From: Abditibacterium sp.
GTDB taxonomy: Bacteria; Armatimonadota; Abditibacteriia; Abditibacteriales; Abditibacteriaceae
Assembly (NCBI GenBank): GCA_965246885.1
Contig: OZ251992.1
Span: 1,888,001-1,952,000, forward strand
DNA: 64,000 bases
Reading direction: 5' to 3'
The notes beneath the pieces are model-generated. The model saw only the letters and a program-made list of their open reading frames with translations. It did no database searches and was not told the DNA's origin. How positions within the stretch are numbered: position 1 is the first letter of the stretch; the number at the start of each line of letters is the position of its first letter. The position numbers were made by a program, and so were the translations under genes. Positions 58,001-64,000 of the stretch are shown in pieces.

Positions 58001-59470
58001 ATGAATTCGCTTCGCTTCTGGTGCTTTGTTTGGTTCGCAGGGGTGTGGGGAACGCTTGCCCGACCTGCGAGCGCGCACCCGATGGGCAACTTTTCCATCA
58101 ACCACTACGCGCGCTTTGGCGTCGGCGTCAGGGAAATCAAGCTCCGCTATATCCTCGATTTCGCCGAAATTCCCGCCGCCGAGCGCATGACCCGCCTCGA
58201 TGCCAACGGCGATGGGCGGGCGAGCGACGCGGAAAAAGCGGCGTTTTTAAAAACCGAAGCGCCCACCTTCTTGGGTGGGCTGAGCCTAAAAGTAAACGGG
58301 CAGGCCCTCGCCCTCGCGCTGCTCTCGTCCGATCTCGAAGTGCGTCCGGGCGCCGGTGGTTTGCCGACGTTGCGGGTTTGGATGGATGCGCGGGCGCCGC
58401 TTCCCTCTGCCTCAACGCTTCGCGTTGAGTATAATGACGCCAATTTCGAGGGGCGCACTGGCTGGATGGAGATTCTCGCCCTGCCCGAAAAGGGTTGTGC
58501 CGTGCGCGACTCGGACGCCGGCAGCGTTGACCGCAGTCGCGGCCTGACTGTCTTCCCGCTCGATGCGGGAACTGTTGCGCCCCGCCAAAGCAGTGCAGCT
58601 TTCACCGTTGTTCCTTCGGACGCGGCATCCGCTTCGGCGAGCGCCGCTCCTCCGCCGAGCGCCCCCACGAGCAACGATAACACCCCGCAAAACCGCTTCA
58701 CGCAAAGCATCGCTGAAGGTGAACTCACCCCGGCTTTGGTGGCGTGGGGCGTTCTGTTTGCGCTTGGGTTCGGCGCTGTCCATGCTCTCTCGCCGGGACA
58801 CGGCAAAACGATGGTTGCGGCGTATCTTGTCGGCACGCGCGGCACGCCGCGCCATGCGGTTTTGCTCGGTTTGGTCGTAACCATCACCCATACCCTCGGC
58901 GTCTTCGCGCTTGGGTTCGCGCTGTTGTTCGCGTCGCGCTCCATTCTGCCCGAAAAGCTCTTCCCCGCCTTGAGCGCCCTCAGTGGCATGCTGATTTTCG
59001 GCGTCGGTCTGTGGCTGTTCCTGTCGCGCTGGCAAGCGCTCACCGCGCCGGGGCACACCCACTCCCACGACGATCATACCCACGAAAATGGCGGACATAC
59101 CCACTCGCACGGCGGGCACATCCACTCCCACGCTGTCCCCGAAGGGCCACTGACGATGCGCAGCCTCGTGGCGTTGGGGATTTCAGGCGGCATCGTGCCG
59201 TGCCCCGAAGCCTTGGTCGTCCTGCTGGCCGCCGTGAAGCTGCACCGCATCGGCTATGGCATGGTGCTTATCTCCGCTTTTAGTTTGGGACTCGCGGCGG
59301 CGCTGGTGGCCATTGGACTACTTGTGGTGTCAGCGCGCGGGCGGTTGAGTCGCGTACGCGGCTTGGACGAGAACTCCGCCCTCGTGCGCTGGTTGCCCGT
59401 TGGGAGCGCCGCCATCATCACCCTCATTGGCGCCATCCTCACTCTCCGCGCTTCGATGGGCGCCTTTTAG
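58001..59470 (+). CDS. RcnA/NicO-type Ni/Co transporter with periplasmic N-terminal domain
   Basis: ASA|HPMGNFSINHY; HALSPGHGK, HTLGV, His-rich loop, GGIVPCPEAL. Confidence 0.85.
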   Translation: MNSLRFWCFVWFAGVWGTLARPASAHPMGNFSINHYARFGVGVREIKLRYILDFAEIPAAERMTRLDANGDGRASDAEKAAFLKTEAPTFLGGLSLKVNGQALALALLSSDLEVRPGAGGLPTLRVWMDARAPLPSASTLRVEYNDANFEGRTGWMEILALPEKGCAVRDSDAGSVDRSRGLTVFPLDAGTVAPRQSSAAFTVVPSDAASASASAAPPPSAPTSNDNTPQNRFTQSIAEGELTPALVAWGVLFALGFGAVHALSPGHGKTMVAAYLVGTRGTPRHAVLLGLVVTITHTLGVFALGFALLFASRSILPEKLFPALSALSGMLIFGVGLWLFLSRWQALTAPGHTHSHDDHTHENGGHTHSHGGHIHSHAVPEGPLTMRSLVALGISGGIVPCPEALVVLLAAVKLHRIGYGMVLISAFSLGLAAALVAIGLLVVSARGRLSRVRGLDENSALVRWLPVGSAAIITLIGAILTLRASMGAF

Positions 59471-59533
59471 AACAACAGCGTTGAGAAGAGGCTTAGTGGC
59501 CTCTCCCTTTCTCGCGCGTCCTTGGAGTCGCTC

Positions 59534-60274
59534 ATGAACCCCACCTTTCTCCTGCTGCTGCTCGGCGCGCTTGGTTTCGGCGTTGCCCACGCTTTTGAAC
59601 CCGACCATATGGCGGCGGTTTCCACCTTTGTCGCGGGGCGTCCCAAGCCGCGCGAAGCCGCGCTGTTTGGCGTGCGCTGGGCAATTGGACACGGGTTTTC
59701 GTTGTTCCTTATCGGATCACTCCTCTTTTTGTTCCGGCGCGCGGCGGAAAAAGCGCAACCCGCGCTGTTCGCGTCGGGCGTCTTAGACCGCTTCGTCGGA
59801 TTGGTGTTGGTGGGGTTGGGAGTGTGGACGCTGTGGCAAGTCGCTTCGAGCCGCGCCACTAAAGCGCACGCACACGGCCACTTTCATGATGGGCGCTTGC
59901 ACGCGCACGGCGACCACTCGCACGGCCCTGATGGGCACACCCACTCGCATCAGGGCGGCTTGGCTTCGCTGGGCATGGGCATCTTGCACGGCGCGGCAGG
60001 AACGGGCGCTTTCGTGGGTCAGTCCGTTGTTTCCCTATCGAGTTCTTACGCTTTCGTGTTCTTCTACACGCTGCTGTTTTCGGTCGGTGTGCTCTTGTCT
60101 ATGGCGGTGTATGCGGGCGCGCTCGGCGGCCTCATCACGACGTTTGAAAAGCGCGGTCAGCAGGCGCTCACCGCCGCGCGTGTGGTAACGGCGGTGCTGA
60201 CCTGCGCCATCGGCGCGTGCCTTGTGTCGGGCGTCGAACTTCCCGGCTTGCTCGATCACTTCGTTCATCAGTAA
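59534..60274 (+). CDS. UreH/HoxN-like nickel permease
   Basis: HAFEPDH, WAIGH, His-rich loop, GILHGAAG. Confidence 0.82.
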   Translation: MNPTFLLLLLGALGFGVAHAFEPDHMAAVSTFVAGRPKPREAALFGVRWAIGHGFSLFLIGSLLFLFRRAAEKAQPALFASGVLDRFVGLVLVGLGVWTLWQVASSRATKAHAHGHFHDGRLHAHGDHSHGPDGHTHSHQGGLASLGMGILHGAAGTGAFVGQSVVSLSSSYAFVFFYTLLFSVGVLLSMAVYAGALGGLITTFEKRGQQALTAARVVTAVLTCAIGACLVSGVELPGLLDHFVHQ

Positions 60275-60291
60275 ACTATGCCCATACCGAA

Positions 60292-60322
60292 CAACAGCCC
60301 CCTACTTCGTAGGGGGCTGTTG
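60292..60322. terminator. Hairpin between convergent genes
   Basis: CAACAGCCCCCTAC-TTC-GTAGGGGGCTGTTG. Confidence 0.75.
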
Positions 60323-60325
60323 GTG

Positions 60326-61240
60326 TTACTGCGGCGAATCGGGCAGTGGGCCGCGCACAACGTGGTCGGGGTATTGGTCGGCGCGTGCCGCGCTCCACCG
60401 AAGCCACTTGACGTGTCCGTCGAAATACAGGTAGTTCGAGCCGCCCATGTGCCTATCCCACTTAATCCAGCCCGTTTGGTGCGCCGCGTCGGTTCCCACA
60501 AGCGAGCCTTCACCCGGCCATGTGTCGTAGTCATCTTGAGCGACGGAGTCATTGGGCGGTGCATTGAAGGGCGTGGCCGGGTTGCTGAATGCTTCCGAGT
60601 TGCGTTCGGAGAACATAATGATGCGCGCGTCGGGGAAGCCCGCGACGGCAGCATCGGTGGCGAAGCCATGCAAAGGCGTGTTCTCCATCGCGTAGCGGCA
60701 TGACTTGTGGGTGAAAATCGAGTTCAGCAGGTAAGATTCGATGGTCAGCCTGTTGGTTTTTGCGAGCGCCTGTTCGCTGTTGGGCGGCAACGTGTCTGTT
60801 GTGGATTGAATGGCGCCGTTGTAGTCGAGGATATTGGTCGCCGCGTTTGCCGAACGCGGTGTTGGATCGGACGGACAGTACCCGATTTGGCGGCTTTTGA
60901 GATACGGCTGGAAAAAGATAATCCAAGGCTTCTCGGCCTGACTATTTCCCGCGCCCCCCCCCGTGCACGTATCATCGGCAGTGGCGGGCGGAGGAGGCAA
61001 AGTGGGAATTTGGGTGCCATCGTCGAGAACCCAGCCCTCGTGGTGGTGGAACAGTTGGCCATCGTTGTCTTGCAAATACTGGGCGGCGGCCAAGCCCAGT
61101 TGTTTCATGTTGCTCATGCAGGAAGCTTTGCGCGCATTTTCGCGCGCGCGGGCAAAAGCGGGGAACAAAATCGCGGCAAGAATGGCGATGATGGCGATAA
61201 CTACCAATAATTCCAGCAAAGTGAAAGCGTGTTTGCGCAT
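60326..61240 (-). CDS. Prepilin-type N-methylation / DUF1559 / H-X9-DG protein
   Basis: [59 protein letters not shown]. Confidence 0.92.
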   Translation of the reverse strand: MRKHAFTLLELLVVIAIIAILAAILFPAFARARENARKASCMSNMKQLGLAAAQYLQDNDGQLFHHHEGWVLDDGTQIPTLPPPPATADDTCTGGGAGNSQAEKPWIIFFQPYLKSRQIGYCPSDPTPRSANAATNILDYNGAIQSTTDTLPPNSEQALAKTNRLTIESYLLNSIFTHKSCRYAMENTPLHGFATDAAVAGFPDARIIMFSERNSEAFSNPATPFNAPPNDSVAQDDYDTWPGEGSLVGTDAAHQTGWIKWDRHMGGSNYLYFDGHVKWLRWSAARADQYPDHVVRGPLPDSPQ

Positions 61241-61246
61241 GGTGTC

Positions 61247-61274
61247 GGATTACGAACCAAAGTAATCGTAACAC
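61247..61274 (-). promoter_or_regulatory. Putative NikR operator
   Basis: GTGTTA-N16-TAATCC imperfect 28-bp dyad, 6 nt before the prepilin ATG and just downstream of nikR. Confidence 0.55.
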
Positions 61275-61303
61275 ATCTCATGCCATGCGGGGGCGAACGT
61301 TTC

Positions 61304-61768
61304 TTATTCCTGAGCGGAGTTTGCATCGCTCTCTCCAATGACGGTAACTGTTAATCGCCCATGCTCTACACCCTTGGTTCCAATCAGCGCGTCGGACAGA
61401 AAGCGGATGCGGTGGGCGTCGCCGCGCACCACCAAGACTTCGAGGCAGTTGCCGCCGTCCAAGTGAACGTGCAATGTGGACACGATAAGGTCGGCGCAGT
61501 CGTGCTGCACGTCGGTAAGGGTGCGCTGTAGCTGCGGCTTGTGGTGGTCAAAGAGGAGGGTGATGGTTCCGGCGATGACCCCGCCGCTTTCCTTGTGATG
61601 CTCGACCAAGTGCGCGCGGATCATGTCCGCCAAGGCGAGCGAGCGGTTCGAGTAGCCCTTTTGCAGCACCATCGTATCGAGTTCGCGGGCCAAGGCCGCC
61701 GGAAGCGACACACTAAAACGCACTGCGCCTTCGTTGGGGATGCGGGAGTTGTGGTGGTGAGAAGCCAT
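61304..61768 (-). CDS. nikR: Nickel-responsive regulator NikR
   Basis: RFSVSL, GYSNRS, FDHH, LHVHLD..NCLEV, KGVEHGRL. Confidence 0.93.
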   Translation of the reverse strand: MASHHHNSRIPNEGAVRFSVSLPAALARELDTMVLQKGYSNRSLALADMIRAHLVEHHKESGGVIAGTITLLFDHHKPQLQRTLTDVQHDCADLIVSTLHVHLDGGNCLEVLVVRGDAHRIRFLSDALIGTKGVEHGRLTVTVIGESDANSAQE

Positions 61769-61817
61769 ATTGCTCCAAGTAAAGCGTTCCCGGCCCCGGC
61801 GGACGAAAAAATAACCT

Positions 61818-61990
61818 GCGCCATTCATCGGCGCGGCCCGGTGAACGGTTGGCGCGACCGCGCCATTCGTTGGCGTGACCGCGCCATTCGTTGGCGCGGC
61901 CCGGTAAACGGTTGGCGTGACCGCGCCATTCGTTGGCGCGGCCCGGTAAACGGTTGGCGTGACCGCGCCATTGACTGGCGCGGCCCGGTG
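61818..61990. repeat. 21-bp-period tandem array of two unit types
   Basis: GCGCCATTCGTTGGCGCGGCC and CGGTAAACGGTTGGCGTGACC, 8 units in total. Confidence 0.9.
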
Positions 61991-62038
61991 AGTGAGTCGC
62001 CGACGCCTCTCGGCGTGTGCGCGGCCAAACTGAAAGGC

Positions 62039-63862
62039 GTGCCGCCTTCCCAACTTCCGCCCGCGAAGAAACCGCCCTCACCCGCGACACTGCGCCGCGT
62101 CGTCGCGCTGTTTGGCGCTTACAAACCGTATCTCGTCGGAATTTGCCTGCTTGTGCTCAGTTCAGCGTTAGTGGGGCTACTCGCGCCGTTTTATCTGCGC
62201 TCGCTCATCAACGACGGGTTGCAACAGAAGAACTTGGCGGTCGTGTCGCACTACACGCTGCTGACGCTCGTCGTGACCATCGGCTCGACCGGATTGGCAT
62301 TGGGCTACGGCTACTTGTCGTTGCTTGTCGGGCAACAGCTAATGCGCGACCTACGCAATCAATTGAACAGCCACTTGCAGGGGATGTCGCTCCGTTTCTG
62401 GACGGGAACGCGCACGGGCGAGGTGCAATCGCGCCTGGTATCGGACGTCGGCGGCGTGCAAAACGTGCTGTCCGACACCGCCGCGAGCGTGCTTTCCAAC
62501 GTTGCGACGGTGCTCTCGACGCTTGTAGCGATGATCTACATGGACTGGCGGCTCACCCTCCTGTCCGTTGGCATCCTGCCGTTCTTCGCGTTTGTGGCGT
62601 TCAAGGTCGGGGACATGTCGCGCGGCTTACGCACGCAAAACCAGAAGCTACTGGCTGATTTGAACTCGACGATGAGCGAAACCCTCTCGGTATCGGGGGT
62701 GCTCTTGTCGAAAACGAATGGGCGCCGCGCGCTGACGGCACAAAAGTTCGCGCGCGAGAACGAGGCGCTTACGCAAGTCGGGCTAAAGTTGGCGATGCTG
62801 ATGCGCGTCTTCTTCAACCTGATAGGACTGAGTTTCTCCCTCACCCCGGCCCTTGTGTATTGGCTGGCGGGCTGGTTGTCCACGCAAGGAAGCGCTGCTC
62901 TTTCTATTGGCACCATCGTCGCGTTTTCGTCGCTGCAAGCGCGGCTCTTTTTCCCGCTCACCTCGCTCTTGAACGTGCAAGTCGAAGTGAACTCGGCGCT
63001 CGCGCTGTTTGACCGTATCTTCGAGTACCTCGATTTGCCCCAAGAAATCACCGACGCGCCCGACGCGGTCGAGCTTTTCCCGGAGCAAGTGCGCGGGCAG
63101 GTCGAGTTCCGCGACGTGTCGTTCTCCTACGATGCAGGGCAGGAGCGCCCGACGCTGCATGAAGTCAGCTTAGTCGCGCGACCGGGCGAACAGATAGCGC
63201 TGGTCGGCCCGTCGGGTTCGGGGAAAACGACGATGACGTATCTGCTGTCGCGCTTATACGATGTGACGGGCGGCGCCATTGAGATAGATGGGCGCGACCT
63301 GCGGCACATAAAACTCGACTCGCTCGGTCAAATCATCGGGGTCGTGACGCAGGAGAGCTTTCTTCTGCACGACACCATCCGGGAGAATCTGCGCTACGCC
63401 CGCCCCGATGCGACGGACGCGCAGTTAGAAGAGGCAGCCCGCGCCGCCGCGATTCACGACTTCATCGCCGCTTTGCCGGACGGCTATGACACGGTGGTGG
63501 GCGAGCGGGGCACGAAGCTGTCCGGCGGCCAAAAGCAGCGCGTCGCCATCGCCCGCGCCATCCTGAAGAACCCGCCGATTTTGGTGTTGGACGAAGCGAC
63601 GTCGGCGCTCGACACCCAAAGTGAGCGCCTGATTCAAGAGGCTCTGGCGCGGCTGTCCAGTGGGCGAACGACCTTTGCCATCGCGCACCGCTTGTCAACG
63701 GTGCTGAACGCCGATCAGATTTTAGTGTTGGAAGCCGGGGAAGTGGTGGAGCGCGGCACGCACGCGGAGCTATTGGCGCTGGGCGGGGCCTATGCGCGCT
63801 TGTACGCGGCGCAATTTGAGGGTGAAGCCGAGGAAGTCGAGGTCTCGACTTCCTCGACGTAG
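62039..63862 (+). CDS. ABC exporter (TM + ATPase fusion)
   Basis: RTGEVQSRL, GPSGSGKT, LSGGQKQR, LDEATSALD; start uncertain (GTG 61988 or 62039). Confidence 0.9.
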   Translation: MPPSQLPPAKKPPSPATLRRVVALFGAYKPYLVGICLLVLSSALVGLLAPFYLRSLINDGLQQKNLAVVSHYTLLTLVVTIGSTGLALGYGYLSLLVGQQLMRDLRNQLNSHLQGMSLRFWTGTRTGEVQSRLVSDVGGVQNVLSDTAASVLSNVATVLSTLVAMIYMDWRLTLLSVGILPFFAFVAFKVGDMSRGLRTQNQKLLADLNSTMSETLSVSGVLLSKTNGRRALTAQKFARENEALTQVGLKLAMLMRVFFNLIGLSFSLTPALVYWLAGWLSTQGSAALSIGTIVAFSSLQARLFFPLTSLLNVQVEVNSALALFDRIFEYLDLPQEITDAPDAVELFPEQVRGQVEFRDVSFSYDAGQERPTLHEVSLVARPGEQIALVGPSGSGKTTMTYLLSRLYDVTGGAIEIDGRDLRHIKLDSLGQIIGVVTQESFLLHDTIRENLRYARPDATDAQLEEAARAAAIHDFIAALPDGYDTVVGERGTKLSGGQKQRVAIARAILKNPPILVLDEATSALDTQSERLIQEALARLSSGRTTFAIAHRLSTVLNADQILVLEAGEVVERGTHAELLALGGAYARLYAAQFEGEAEEVEVSTSST

Positions 63863-64000
63863 GGGAGGGGTGGAAGGTTGCCTCATGTTGCTGGCGCCGG
63901 GGCACCTGCCGTTGCGTCGGTGCGGCGCAGCATTTGGCGCAATTCCGAGCGGTTTCCAGCGTATTCGAGGGCTTTTTCCTCGCTGATTTTGCCCGCCGCG

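Noticed and set aside
17688..61990. 21-bp arrays as CRISPR arrays
   Set aside because: No constant repeat separated by unique spacers of CRISPR length, and no cas genes

Overview
GC-rich bacterial chromosomal segment. A DUF1559-type prepilin/H-X9-DG gene, a lipid A gene set and frequent leaderless-style starts suggest an Armatimonadota/Abditibacterium-like organism (inference only). In order, the window holds: a NucA/NuiA nuclease-inhibitor pair, a GH95-like hydrolase, a 7-blade FG-GAP/lamin-tail surface protein, addBA, sucB, a tandem ThyX-like gene, a periplasmic redoxin-MsrB/cytochrome b/Mo-oxidoreductase operon facing an ECF sigma/zinc anti-sigma pair, orphan immunity-like genes beside tRNA-Ser(GCT), a lipid A cluster (kinase-lpxL-lpxK-waaA-msbA, then nagZ, a fabZ-lpxA fusion and lpxB), a REP-flanked Y1/HUH transposase, leuB, rfbA, sbcDC and an ~11 kb metal-homeostasis region. 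The best candidate for an undescribed system is at 55170-61768: two DUF4331 halves, a TPR protein, two His-rich Ni-permease-like proteins, and a DUF1559 prepilin with a NikR-like operator directly downstream of nikR. Other oddities are a SEC-C ORF that seems to need a +1 frameshift at TTT-TGA, an AddA with an apparently dead nuclease, several unrelated 21-bp-period intergenic arrays, and REP doublets with covarying hairpins. All family calls come from visual motif recognition; no searches were run.
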